Positions 12,452 to 24,953 of a stretch of DNA of 63,876 nt are shown here, piece after piece; position 1 is the stretch's first letter, and the number at the start of each line of letters is the position of its first letter. Location: positions 376,030,949-376,094,824 of the forward strand of contig NC_058131.1 in assembly GCF_016433145.1 (NCBI RefSeq), read 5' to 3'. Made by a program: the position numbers and the translations under genes. Source of the stretch: Gracilinanus agilis (lineage: Eukaryota). A model generated the notes under the pieces. It ran no database searches, was not told the DNA's origin, and saw only the letters and a list, made by a program, of their open reading frames with translations.

Positions 12452-14590
12452 TTTTCTGGGAGGTAATTTGCCCTGTTCTACCTCTTTTTCACCCCTATTA
12501 TAAGTCAATTAACATCTGTGTCTCTATGTATACATCTTCTAACTGCACTAATAATGATAAAGTTCTTAGGAGTTACAAGTATCATCTTCTCAGGCAGCAA
12601 TGTAAAATTTAACCTTAATGATTCTCACATGATTTCTTTTGTTTACTTTTTTATTCTTTCTGAATGTTGTATATGAGTCAAATTATTGATTCAGCTCTGT
12701 TCTTTTCATCAGGAATGCTTGAAAGACCTCTATTTCATTAAATATCCATTTATTTTTTTCCTCCTACAAGTTAACTGTCTTGCTATATGGGCTATTCTTG
12801 GTTGTAATCTTTGCTCCTTTTTGCTCTCTAGAATATCATATTCCAAAGTCTATAATTTTTTAATGTAGAAGCTGTTAAATCTTATGTAAATCTGACTGTA
12901 GCTCCATCATGTTTGAATTGTTTTGTTCTGGCTGCTTCAATATTTTCTCTTTGATTGAGGAACTCTAGAATTTGGCTATAATATTACTGGGATAATTAAA
13001 ATTATCATTTAGGATATCTTTCGGGAGGTGATCAGTGGAATCTTTCAATTTTTGTCTTACCCTCTGGTTCTAGAATATCAGAGCACTCTTCCTTCATAAT
13101 TTCTTGAAATAGGATATCGAAGCTTTCAGGTAGTTCAATGATTTTTACATTATCTCTCCTTGATATCTTTTTAAGGTCAGTTGATTTCCCAGTGAAATAT
13201 TTCATACTTTCTTCAATTTTTTTCATTCTTTTGATTTTTATTGTTTTTCCCCCTTTTTAAAAACTTTCTGTCTTAGAATTGATACTGAGTAGAAGATCCT
13301 AGCCAGAAGAGTGGTAAGTGATAGGAAACTAGAGTTAAGCAACTTTCCCGGGTTCACACAGCTAGGAAGTGTCCGAGACTACATTTGAACCCAGAACCTC
13401 CCCATCTATAGGCCTGGCGCTCTATCCACTAAGCCACCTAGCTATCCTATATTTTATTGTTTCTTGACGCCTCATGGAACCATTAGCTTCCACTTGCCCC
13501 ATTCTAATTTCTAAAGAATTTTCTTCAGTGAACTTTTGTATCTCCTTTTGCATTTGACCAATTCTACTTCTTAAGGAGTTCTCTTCAGTGAATTTTTGTG
13601 CTTCTTTTATTGTCACATATGCTACTTTTAAGATCTTATTTTCTTCAGTATTTTTGCACCTCCTTTACTAAGTAGTTGACTCTCTTTGCATGATTTTATT
13701 ACTTCATTCTCATTTCTTTTCCCAATTTTTCCCTTACCTCTCTTATTTTATTTTTATAAGCCTTCTTTAGCTCTTCTAGTAATTCTTTTTTTTTTGGGGG
13801 GGGGGGTTGAGACTAATTCACACATTCCTTCAAGGCTTTTCATGTACATGTTTTGACACTGTTGTCTTTTTCTGAATTTTTGCTTTGATCTTTCCTGTCA
13901 CCATAGTAAATCTCTATGGGCAAGTTCTTTTTGATTGTTGTTTGCTTATTTTCCAGTCTATTTCTTGAATTTTAACTTTATGTTAATGTTGGCCTCTGTC
14001 CCAACGCTCAGGTTTCTTATGCTGCTGTTTGGAAAAAGGGAGTATATATAAGTTTTCAGTTCTTTCAAATTGGTATGGTCACTGCTCTCTGGGTCTATGC
14101 TCTTGTGTGAGTAACCACAAGCACTCTTTTTGACCTGGAACAATGACAAAAGTTGCTGCTCCTTCTAGTGGTCTTCCTCATCCTGGAAATACAACCCAGA
14201 ATAGTATATAGACAATGCAACAGAGTTGCTCCCAGTTCCAGGAAAGGGTTTCTTATAATATCTTTTGGACTAGCTGTCTGATTCCTTTCACTGTCTAAGG
14301 GCTCTGAGTTCTGGAGGCCTTTGTGGTGGATCCTGTTGCTAATTTGCAAGGGAATGGTTTGTGCTCTACTCTTACTCCAGGCAAACAAACCTTTCCTGAT
14401 GACCTTCTAAGTTGTCTTGGGAACGAAAGTTGTTATACCCCATTCCTTTTGTTGGTTCTCCTGCTCTTGAAAATGAAAAAAAAAATTCATTTTGAAGATT
14501 TTTATGATGCTTGAAAGAAAATTTAGGAGTGCTCAATTGAGCCCATGCCTTGATTCCTCCACCTCAGCTCAAAATTCCCCCCACCTACCC
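12452..14590 (-). mobile_element. L1-family element with 5'UTR and degraded ORF1 but no ORF2 (HAL1-like or 3'-deleted L1)
   Basis: ORF1 remnants KIEESMKYFTGKSTDLKKISRRDNVKIIELPE...ILEPEGKTKIERFH and repeated QKFTEENSL coiled-coil units. It splits an L2 and is itself interrupted by a SINE. Ends are approximate. Confidence 0.8.
13254..13447 (-). mobile_element. tRNA-derived marsupial SINE (SINE-1_MD-like) inside the L1 ORF1
   Basis: Reverse complement of the ggcagctaggtggc...gggttcaaat...ccactcttctg SINE pattern. Confidence 0.85.
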
Positions 14591-15928
14591 ACAAGTGATT
14601 TTTCTAAATCAAAGGACAGTCTATGTCATTCTGTTAACTTAAGAAACTTCTGTGGATATTTCAGGATAAAATACAAATTCCTTGTCTGAATACTTGGAAT
14701 CTAAACTCCTCCACAATCTGGATCCAGTCTATCTTTCTAAACTGGTTACACATTATTCTCTCCATGTTCTCTATGCTACAGTCAAAACAGCCTAATTTCT
14801 GTTTCACATACACTGTGATCCATCTCTTATCTCCAAGGTCTATCAATGTTCTCTACCAGCTCCACTTCCTGAAACCCCTTGCTTCCTTCAAGGCTCAACT
14901 CAAATGCAATCTCCTTAAAGAGGTACTTTGAGATTTCCCAGTTTTTAGCATCTTGTTTCCCTCCCTAATCACTTTGAATTTATTTGTATATATTCTGTAT
15001 TTACTTGACTGTGAATCTACCATGATGTAAACCCAATCTATTCCTGTAGCAAAATATAAGCTGTAACAGGGGGATATTGTTTGGATTTTGTCTTTATATT
15101 CCTAATGCCTTGTACAGTGCCTGATATACAGTAGGCATTTAATAAAAGCTTATTAATTTATAAGCTACAGAAATTGTGATTAATGTTAGTGGAGGGTAAA
15201 CCCATACCAACCAAACTACAGATCCCCAAAAGTTTCTTACACAAATGATTTGGAATTATATAAAATAGATTTAAAGAAACTCAAGTAATAAAATGGGTTG
15301 GAACTTCTTTAGCCTTTAGAATACATTGAAACCTTTCCCTTGATATTCAAAGGAATCAATTCTCCTAAGATCTGGGGTATCTTAAGAAACTATTTAACAT
15401 AAAACACAGATTTAAATCTCAAAGGGATTCTCGAAGCCATCAAGGCAACTGTATCATTTTACAAAAAGGTCAATCATGTGAGGCAGAATCTGAAACAGAG
15501 ATGTTCCTATCTCCAAGTCAGGTGCCCAAGCCATTACTTCATGCTTCTCCTAATTGAACTGTAACTCTCCAGTACCAATTAAGTTTTAGGACTAGCAACT
15601 TAATTGTTGCTATGCACAGAAAGCCAACTATAAGCTGTATTCATTTTAATTTTTATCTTTACAATAAAGAAAAGCACAGAGAATGTGTCTTACGGTAGAA
15701 AAAAGCATTATGTGGAGAAATATAAAGCTCAAATGCCTAAGATTTTAAGGTACCTATGTACAGTACATGTACAACTTGTAAAGGAATCTCTATTCTAACC
15801 ACAATTTTCTATTTCCAAAAGAAAGTAATCTAATTTAGTTAATATGTTAATTTCAGGTATTTACAATATCACACATTGTCACATGTATGAAAACCTTAAT
15901 ACCCCAAGCAGCCTTTCCCAAGACTCAC

Positions 15929-16122
15929 CAGCATCCTCTTCTCTGCTAGTTGCCGGCAAACACTGGCAACATCCTTGACATTTGTGGGAAACCTCTGCTG
16001 CCAGTGGTCCATGTTAGCAGATTTGTTGCTAAACTGGACCTTATCAAACATAATGGTGACAGCACTTTCTTCTAGTTTTTCAACTTCTCCATATAGAATA
16101 GGGATTCGTAGGACTGCTGCAC
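15929..16122 (-). CDS. MAT2B: MAT2B exon 5
   Basis: (G)[64 protein letters not shown]; ag/gtgagt; 194 nt. Confidence 0.98.
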
Positions 16123-16371
16123 CTATGGGGAAACAATGTTTCAAACTAATATCACTTTTCAAATTTCTATGTAACAGTACTGTTTAAACAAGCATTACTC
16201 TGAAATTTTTCCACCCTCTTCTAATGTTTATATGGATATTTTGAAAGTTTTAACAATGCCTTTCAAAACTATTCATAAGCAAATCACTCTAATAAAAAAA
16301 CCACATTTATTTTGAGTATATTTTTCATACAACAAATATTGAGCCCCTCTCACGTAAAAGGTACTCTGCAA

Positions 16372-16563
16372 TTGAAAGCCAGGCCTAGAGATGGGAGGTC
16401 CTGGGTTCAAATCTTGCCTCAGATACTTCCTAGCTATGTGACACTGGGCATGTCACTTTATCCCCATTGCCTAGCCCTGAGCCCTCTTCTGCCTTGGAGC
16501 CAATACACAGTATTGATTCTAAGACAGAAGGTAAGGGTTTTAGGGGAAAAAAAGAAAAAAAAA
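16372..16563 (+). mobile_element. SINE-1_MD-like SINE (5' slightly truncated)
   Basis: gccaggcctagagatgggaggtcctgggttcaaat...gacagaaggtaagggtttt followed by an A tail. Confidence 0.9.
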
Positions 16564-17126
16564 TGGTACCCTGCAACATGAAGTGAAAAGATGCAAAGCT
16601 ATATAAGACAAAGTCCCAGTCTCATCCCAAGGCATACAGTATAATGGAGAAGATATAAGTATCTTTAATGCAAGACAGAATGGAAAAGTATAATAAAAAT
16701 GTTATAGAGTACTATGTAAATTCAGAGGAGAGAAGGGGTTGATAGAAAATGAAGATTTCATAGAGGAAATGACATCTGAGATGGACACTGAAGAACTATT
16801 GGGAATTCAAGCTTTCTCATCAGGGTAAGAAATCTTAGGGCATATTCAAGTATTAGCAATTCAGCATGACTGAAGTATAGAGTGTTCATCAGCAGATAAC
16901 TACAAGTAATAAGACAGGAAAAAGGTAGGGACAAATCATGGAGGATGTTAAGGCTAAGAAGTTTTGATCTTTTGAAGTTTTATTTCTGAAGTTTGTTTTT
17001 GATACTTTTTTACAGTTGTAGTCTTTTGTGCATAAACTATTCCTAGTTATCTGTTAAAAAATAAACCCTATAAATGCTGAGAATATCTCCCACTAATGTT
17101 CAATGATTAATAATGCCATTTCTTAC

Positions 17127-17279
17127 CAACATTGTTTTCCAAGACAGCCTTTTCTCCTTGTAGTTTTGTTTTGCCATACAAATTTAGGGGATTTGGAGTA
17201 TCATCTTCAGTATAAGGTGGATTTGTTCCATCAAACACGTAATCTGAGCTAATGTAGATCAGAAATGCTCCAATTCCCG
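17127..17279 (-). CDS. MAT2B: MAT2B exon 4 (SDR-type YxxxK motif)
   Basis: (A)[50 protein letters not shown](G); 153 nt. Confidence 0.98.
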
Positions 17280-17479
17280 CTAAGGGAAAATAAAATAAAA
17301 AACAAAAAACCCACAATATTAATTGACTTGCAGAGATAAAAAATCCTTCACCAAATTATAAGAGAGAATGTTTGTTCTTCTCAGGTAAAGGAATATAAAC
17401 ACAAACCCCTTAAATATATTTTTTAAATATTAAATCTCAGCAACTAATATTTCATAAGTGTTCTATAATGTCAAATTAC

Positions 17480-17594
17480 CTGCTTCCTTTGCCAAATTCC
17501 CTGAAGCATCCACATTAAGCTGAGAAGCAGCATCTGGTTGATTCTCTACAACATCTGGCCTTCTTTCTGCTGCACAATGTACTATGACATGGGG
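17480..17594 (-). CDS. MAT2B: MAT2B exon 3
   Basis: [38 protein letters not shown]; 115 nt; ag/gtaatt. Confidence 0.98.
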
Positions 17595-18713
17595 CTGGAA
17601 GTTAAGCATTCATGCATTTTTAACAACAACAAAAATGCAGAATAACTATATCTCCCCTACAGTAAATTAATATAGAGAAAAATGTTCATTAAAACAAAAC
17701 CTCATCCATTACTAAAGAAATAAATAACAATTGAAACAACAACTCAGTAATATTATTCCATTTTCAAGTGAAAGGAGTTAAGAAAATTGTCAGAAAATTG
17801 TCTTCCCAGAAAAGAGAAAGAGGCTCAATAGAAATACTGACACTTTTACAATACATTGTGATAATGAGATTAAATCTACCTTGCCCATTCTCAAATCTAA
17901 TCACCAAAAGTGTAAACAATTCCACTTAACTCACAAGTTGGGAGGTCTGTGACCCACTGTGCTAGAATGAGTGCCGAATCAAAATTTACTGACTGCATCC
18001 TGGGCAGTTCTAAGAAAAGCATCTGTTGTGACTGGGCATATAAACTAGGAGGAAGGTACAGGAAGCGACACAAAAGAAGCTCCTTTAAAAGAGAGTTCAG
18101 TGAATTCAGCTGCTCTCTTCTTGTTCGTTGCTTGGACATGGAGGAGCTCTGGAGCTGGGACCCTAAGACTTTGGTGAGATTGTTCTTAAATCTTTCCCTT
18201 AGAACTACACATGCTGAGTGAAGAAGGCTAACTGACTACCTTAACTTCCCTGGAGGTACTAGCCTCCAGGAGGCTCCCTTGATTGGGAGAAGCCCTAGTG
18301 GCTAAACCCCTTTTTACCCCTTACACCTACTAATTTCATCCACTGCTGTCTATGTCTGAAGGTTCAGTTTCACTTGAGTAAGAAAAAGGGAAAATGTACA
18401 CTATCTACAATGTGGTCTAAAAAGGTAATAAACAGGAATAAGGACTAAACTTGTGATTTCATTAATATTAGAGAATTCCCAAGTGAGGATACCTTCACTA
18501 CTAATGCAACATTTTAGCATCTGCTCTGCAACTTAAAGGCACAAAAGCTGATCCTAAGTGACTTGTCCAGGGTCACAGAATCAGTAAAGGTGAGAAGGAA
18601 CTTGATGTCTGTTCTCTATACACTATGCCACAATGTCTCATACCTCAGAAAAAATTGGGAGAAATGCTAATTCCAAAATATGTGCATTTACATTTAAGTC
18701 TTTCCAAACATTC

Positions 18714-19090
18714 TTTTTTAAAAAAAAAAAAACCCTTACCCTTCTGCAGAAAAGCAGTAAAGGCTAGGCAACTGCAGTTAAGTGACTTGGTAAGGGTCAT
18801 ATAGCTAGAAAGTGTCTTGAGGTCAAATTTGAACCTAGAACCTCCCATCTCCAAATGTGGCTCTCTAAGCCACCTAGCTGCCACCACACATTTTTTTAAA
18901 CTGTTGCCTTTTGTCTTAGAATTAACACTAAGTATTAGTTCCAAAACAGAAGAGTGGTAAGAGCTAGGCAAATGGGTTAATCCTAATTGCCCTGGGTCAC
19001 AGAACCAGATAATATCTGAGTCCAGATTTGAACCCAGGACCTCCTATCTCTAGGCCTAGCTTTCTGTCCACTGAACTACCTAGCTGTTCC
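18714..19090 (-). mobile_element. Two adjacent SINE-1_MD-like copies (about 18714-18883, internally deleted; about 18891-19090)
   Basis: Two reverse-strand SINE patterns, each ending in ccacctagctg. Confidence 0.85.
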
Positions 19091-19788
19091 AAATATTCTT
19101 TTTAGTAGCCATGTGAAGAAAACTTTAGGAAAGTTAACATGTCAGTACTGTCAGCACCATGGCCAGCAGCTAAGGTTGTAAGATTAAAAATTAATATCCA
19201 AATATTCCAAATATTATATTTAATAAGATTAATTGATAATATCTAAAATAAGGGAAGAAAAGTCTCAGTAAAGAAAGCCCTGCTTTCCCAGCCATGCACG
19301 TGGCAGAAAAAAAGGACAAGAGGCGGGCTTACAGCAAACTTATAAACAACATGTGAAGATGCAATGTGGACAAAGGCAAAAGGATTCTGGGTAATGTAGT
19401 TCAGGGGTTCAAGATTTTCTAATTATACAAGGTGAAGCCTAGCATAGTTGGCTGGTTGAAAAGATCAGATAGCAGTGTCCCAGAAACTGGGGAGGATGAA
19501 GAGGGAAGGAAAATAGTTAAGGATCTAGCTCAACTTTTTTGTTACCAATGCCAGTGGATTTAACTAGCCTAACAGATTTCTATGCCTTTAAGTAATGAGA
19601 ATTACTCAGAAAAAGAGTAAAACACAGGTGAACCTTTCACACTGAAAATGTACCACTGCAATCTAAGAAAAAACTACTTGATATATTTATCTCTTTTCAA
19701 CTACACTAAAGAGAGACAGAGAGAGGCAGAAGCAGAGAGAGAGACAGAGAGGAAAAACCTCTGGTATCTTGTAGAACTACTTAGTCCT

Positions 19789-19974
19789 GGGGCAGCTGAG
19801 TAGCTCAGTGGATTGAGAGCCAGACCTAGACATGGGAGGTCCTAGTCCAGCCTCAGATACTTCCAAGCTGTGTGACCCTGGGCAAGTCACTTGACCCCCA
19901 CTGCCCACCCTTACCACTCTTCCACCAAGGAGCCAATACACTTAAGGGTTTAAAAATAAAAGGAAAAAAAAAAA
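19789..19974 (+). mobile_element. Young SINE-1_MD-like SINE with a perfect 16-bp TSD
   Basis: TSD agaactacttagtcct at 19773-19788 and 19975-19990. Confidence 0.95.
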
Positions 19975-20806
19975 AGAACTACTTAGTCCTGTCACTTATG
20001 ATAAAGGACTAGCATTCCAGTAAGTGCTATGTCCATAACAAAAGGGCTTTTCAGAGATAGCTTTAGCTTTATTTCTACAATGATGAATATTCTTAGACCC
20101 ATAAACCTAAAATTGTGTTAGATTCGATGTAATAGATGCAAAATATGCCTCCTTGACAATAGCATATTACCATTGAAGACTTGCATACTAAAGTAGTAGC
20201 AAAATCATACAACACATACATGAACAGAAAAAGAGATGATCTGGTCATGTAATGAGAATATGGTTAATAGATGGGCTATTACTCTCCACGTAACACTGAA
20301 AGAACAAGAGGAAGTCCTCCAGCATATTGGGCAGATCTTTTACAATGTAATTATGGAAAGATGTAGACATGAATTTAAAAGACTCAGAAAGATTAGATGA
20401 TTTACTACCTGCATTGGTGAAGCATATAGTTTTATACATTTTGCAAATTCATTGAATTTATAAAGATGGAAGTAACCTTCAAATTCTTCCTTAAAGCATT
20501 TTTTTTTCTTAGAAACTCCAAATAGTCCTCAGGATGGGTTCTATTCTAAATGATAATGCTAAATGACCTCTGTATCTTCTTTATCCCTTAGATAGACACA
20601 TTCATTTCTCAACATTTGTCCTTTAGCCTTATACATTTCTTAAATGGTAACTCTCTTACTTACATTAAGAGTCTTTAAAATGACTTCTTAATGCCTTAGT
20701 TTTTCTAGCCAATTTCTTGATAACAAATAGTTTCCATATATATTCTGGGCAGTTTCTAACACTGATGGTGTTTTAGTGCTTAAAAAACCCCAACACTATA
20801 TCATAC

Positions 20807-21001
20807 CTGAAAATCCTGAATTATATCATGAACTGCATGAGAATCCAAAAGATTGACTTGTTCAAATCTAGGCCGAGCTCTACTGTAGCCACAGCCAACA
20901 GCATGCCAGTTGTTCTTCTCAAACTCCTTGTACACAGCTCTGCCAAGTAGGCCAGTGGCACCAGTAATCAAAGCACGCCTACTAGGGACATTAACATCCT
21001 C
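20807..21001 (-). CDS. MAT2B: MAT2B exon 2 (Rossmann GxxGxxG motif)
   Basis: [65 protein letters not shown]; 195 nt. Confidence 0.98.
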
Positions 21002-22278
21002 CTAAAATGTAAAGGCAAAAAATAATTAACTTTAACTCACCATATCATAAGAGGGACCCCTAATATCAAACTACATTTACTGACCAACCGAAGGACTCAG
21101 CAATTTGACCTCTAAGGAAATGAGTAACTTACAGAAGAAACAAAGATCAATAGAACTGTGTACCTAATTTCATAGATTTCAAAAAGTCTAATACACCAAA
21201 AGAACATAGATGATAAGCAATTTAGTGTTACCTCAAAGATTTGACAAATCAAATTAATATTGGATATTATTTATATTTACTTGATAATATCAGAATGAGG
21301 ACACTCATACATAACAATTTTAGTTAGCACATTTTTCAGTGGATTGCCAATAAAAACTATGATTAGATTTAGGCTTATTTTGTGCTCTGATCACGTTTTT
21401 TAGCTTTATTTGGTTAAATGTTTAAGGGGTTTGATATTTTTGGTCCTTGATTGTTTCTAATGACCTATTTTCATTCTTAATTTTCCTCAGTCTTTCTTTT
21501 ACCACCACAATAGTTCAAGAACAGGTTGGGTCATTCTTACATTTATTCCACAATGTCATTCTCCATAGATGCTCAGTTAAATGGAAATATCCTACTCCTT
21601 AAAGAATGTATATAAATGTCAACATTGAGTTTAACCAGAATGATAAATACTACTAATCTACTGAAAATTACATTAATTGCACTACATCAATAAGTTTTAC
21701 TTTAACAAATTCTTCAAAATCTAAAATTTAAAAGTTCTATATTTTTGATTTGGGGAAAAAAAGCACTGCCTCCAAATTTGACAACATTCAACAGTGGCTA
21801 TAATTTTCATTTATCAGTATATAGTAAGGGAAGGCATGAATATAGAAAAAGCACAAAAATTGAAGTCAAAAGACTCAGATATTGGTGCCACCATGTATTT
21901 TCAAGTCAAAATTTATCTCAACTTTTATTCATTTATAAAATGTGGAAGAGTAATTAGATATTCTTGAAGGAGCCTTAAAATTAATTTCTGTGATGCTATC
22001 AATGTAATGAAATTTCCAGGGCACTTACCAAAATCAGGCAGAAGAATAAGAATAAAACCTGAGGACAGGGACTGTACTTTATTTTCATATCTCCCTCTTA
22101 TCATCATGTAACAAATGTTTATTGAACATGGTGGAATGAGAGAGAAATAGAACAGGCCTTAATTTTAATTCCAAATATCTTTTCCAGGCTTCTACTACAG
22201 TCAACTGACTTATGAAACCCAGACTTTCAGTTCTGTTTTTATATAAAAGTTATAATTTAAAAAAAAAGTTATAATTTA

Positions 22279-22457
22279 GGGGGCAGCTAAGTGCCTCAGT
22301 GGATAGAGAGCCAGGCCTAGAGATGAGAAGTCCCTCTAGGTTCAAATGTGGCCTCAGACACTTCCTAGCTGTGTGACCCTGGGCAACCAACTTAACCCTC
22401 ATTGCCTAAACCTTATTGGTCTTCTGCCTTAGAACCAATGCATAGTATTGATTTAAA
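22279..22457 (+). mobile_element. SINE-1_MD-like SINE
   Basis: ggggcagctaagtgcctcagtggatagagagccaggcc... with aaaagttata on both sides. Confidence 0.9.
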
Positions 22458-24429
22458 GAAAAAGTTATATGCAATATGATGCAACAAATTTGGATAAAAA
22501 GTAAACATTGTTTTGTAAATAATAACTCTACTTCAGCCTTCTAAACAAATGAAATTGCTTGTTATTAGCTGATGCTCAAAACTGTCATGACCTTCAGGAA
22601 AGTTTATGACTTCCAAAAAGGGTAACTTGACTCATTTACACAAACCAAAATTTTGATCAGATTCAGAGCTGCCTAAAGTTAACATATTCATCTAAAAATA
22701 TGCATTTACATAAATAGAAAACAGTAAATTTTTTCTTCTCAAACTCTGATCTTTAAAATCAAAGAAAAATCAGAAAAAAATTAATGCATTAAAATTTGCT
22801 GCTCAAGAATTTAACTTACTACAATTCAAGTATGTGACCTAGTTTTTTGAGATTAAGATTTTTTTTAGGAATATTTACAAAATGGAAAAATATCTTCTAA
22901 ATCTCATTTTCCACATGAAAATCTAGTTTGTTGCTAATCTTAAATTTTTTCATTGAAAAATACTTTAGACAATCACTCTATAAATTGTTCTAAACATGAA
23001 AATACAAATGTCAACCACAATACAGCAACACCAAAAACTATGGGAGGATAAATCCTGCAAATTTAGATACATATCCACAAAAGAAATTTCTTTTGGCTTA
23101 CAGGCAAAATACTCCCACAGGGTCATCAGCATTTTAGAGAAAGAAATTAAATATACACATGCATATACAAATATACACATGTATTTTAAATCTAGAAAAA
23201 TATAATCCTTGTAACAAGTTTAAAGCAATAGAGCCACATCTTTTAAATTTTAACTTGGCAAGTAAGCAAATAACTCCCAGAACAGTTAAGTATAAGTGTA
23301 TTAGTTCCTACTTTCCATTTTGAATTAATTTTTTTCATAAAAGTTGAGTATTTCTAAAGTGATTTGGTTTTTTTCCTACTTTAGCAGAGAAAAAGTAAGT
23401 GCTATAAGCACATATTTGCATGAATTTATGTGGAAAAAAATTACATGAGATGGGAAAGCACCTAGAGGCTGTGGGCTGATTCATTTTAGAATCACAAATT
23501 CATTGAAATATACTTGCATGGCATGCTTTATATTCATTATCTCATAAGTCCTAGGAAGGCAGATTTCATTATATACATTTTACCTATCTTGCAACTGAGG
23601 CTGAGAGATTAGATTTGTCCAGTCAGAGCCAGATGATGTGAATGATCCACTGAAATTTAGCAACCTGTAATTTAATCCGCCTAAGAATATTAAACTCAGA
23701 TCACCAATTGGTCTGCAACTTCTAATCTTAAGGGAATAAGAAGTTAAATGACCTGCGCAGGGTCACAAAGTTCAGCATGTCAGTGGCAAGACTGGAACAT
23801 AGATCTTCAGGATTCTAGTTCTCTATTCACTACACCCTACTATCTCTTAAGAATATATCAATACAACCGCTCACAATTCGTGATACTAAAATAATATTCA
23901 CTCTTAGGAGTTTATTCTAAACCAACAACTGTGTACTCTTCATTTATCACCTATAGCTAAGGCTAACAAAAACCAATATTCACCAGTTCAGAAATTTGTG
24001 GATCACTAACGAAATGATCCTCATGAAAAACAAGTTCTCATATCCAAGAATTACTGCCTACTTCCATATTTATGAAGGGTTTATGGGGGGAGGGAAAGAG
24101 AAGGAAGATGGGTCAGAACATGGGTTCACCTTCCTAGACCTGACAAATCTAGTAACTGAATTCTCCTCGACCCCAAGCCCAGAAATGGGCGCTTTAATCA
24201 ACCACACACTTTATGAACACTGCAATGTGCTCAACCTGAGATCACCTGCTCCCTCTGGACCAGGGGAATTAAGATATTGAAGAGAGAAGCCCCACCCAAA
24301 CCTAACAAGCCCCGCCCCATCCTTTTCTGGCAGCCACAAGCTGCTTCTAGAGAACTACAGTCCATGAAGTTCCAGGAAAAGGAGCAAAGCAAAGAGAAAG
24401 GAAGTGAAATCACAGCAGGCACAGCTGGA

Positions 24430-24900
24430 ACCTCCAACAGGAAACACAAAATCTCTTCCTGGGGCCGGGGAAGCAAAACTGACGCCTTCGAAAGCGGGAG
24501 CGCCTTTGAGAAAGAAGAGTAGTCGTCACCCGCCCGAGCGCCTCCTCGGCCTCCTCGTCCCAGGGCTAGGAAGCACGGGAACGGGGAAGGACGCAGGCAG
24601 CTCCACTCCCTGAGGGGAGGAGAAGCGGGGCAGGCAGTAGGAGTGGGCCGACCCCGCTCACCTCCACTAGCTGGCAGCTCCCGGGGACGAAATGGATGGT
24701 CAGCTCTTTCTCCCGCCCCACCATCACCGCAGCTGTGGCGGCGCCTCCTTCTTCCAACCTGCAACCCAGCCCCCGGTGTAAACCTCGCAGCCCCGAGCGT
24801 CGGGAGGCCTCCCAATAGGCTCCGGCCCAACCCCTCCGCGAGGTCCCTTCCGGCTTCCGCAGCCACAAACAAGCACTTCGATTGGCTACGCCTCCTTCTC
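24430..24900. promoter_or_regulatory. MAT2B: CpG island over MAT2B V1 first exon
   Basis: Sharp rise in GC content and CpG density against the AT-rich background. Confidence 0.85.
24662..24724 (-). CDS. MAT2B: MAT2B alternative first coding exon, V1 isoform
   Basis: ATG...MVGREKELTIHFVPGSCQLVE|gtgagc; 63 nt; V1 CDS totals 1005 nt (334 aa). Confidence 0.98.
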
Positions 24901-24953
24901 TAGTTAGAGTCGGTGATTGGTCAACTTCCACTGTAGCCAGGGGTGCTGATTGG
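24847..24953 (-). promoter_or_regulatory. MAT2B: MAT2B V1 core promoter: tandem ETS-like sites and three CCAAT boxes
   Basis: cttccgg-cttccgc at 24847-24860; ATTGG at 24881, 24916 and 24949 (spacing 35 and 33 bp). Confidence 0.75.

Noticed and set aside
22034-22107. C-box (ATGATGA) and D-box (CTGA) 74 nt apart in sense orientation in MAT2B intron 1, suggesting a C/D snoRNA
   Set aside because: There is no terminal stem, and the interval is an L2 3'-tail remnant.
24231-24872. 213-aa minus-strand ORF and other long ORFs across the MAT2B CpG island
   Set aside because: Non-ATG starts, stop-poor GC-rich DNA and no recognisable domain.
24725-24931. In-frame upstream extension of MAT2B V1 from a GTG
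   Set aside because: It runs through the CCAAT boxes and is therefore probably upstream of the TSS; there is no upstream ATG.
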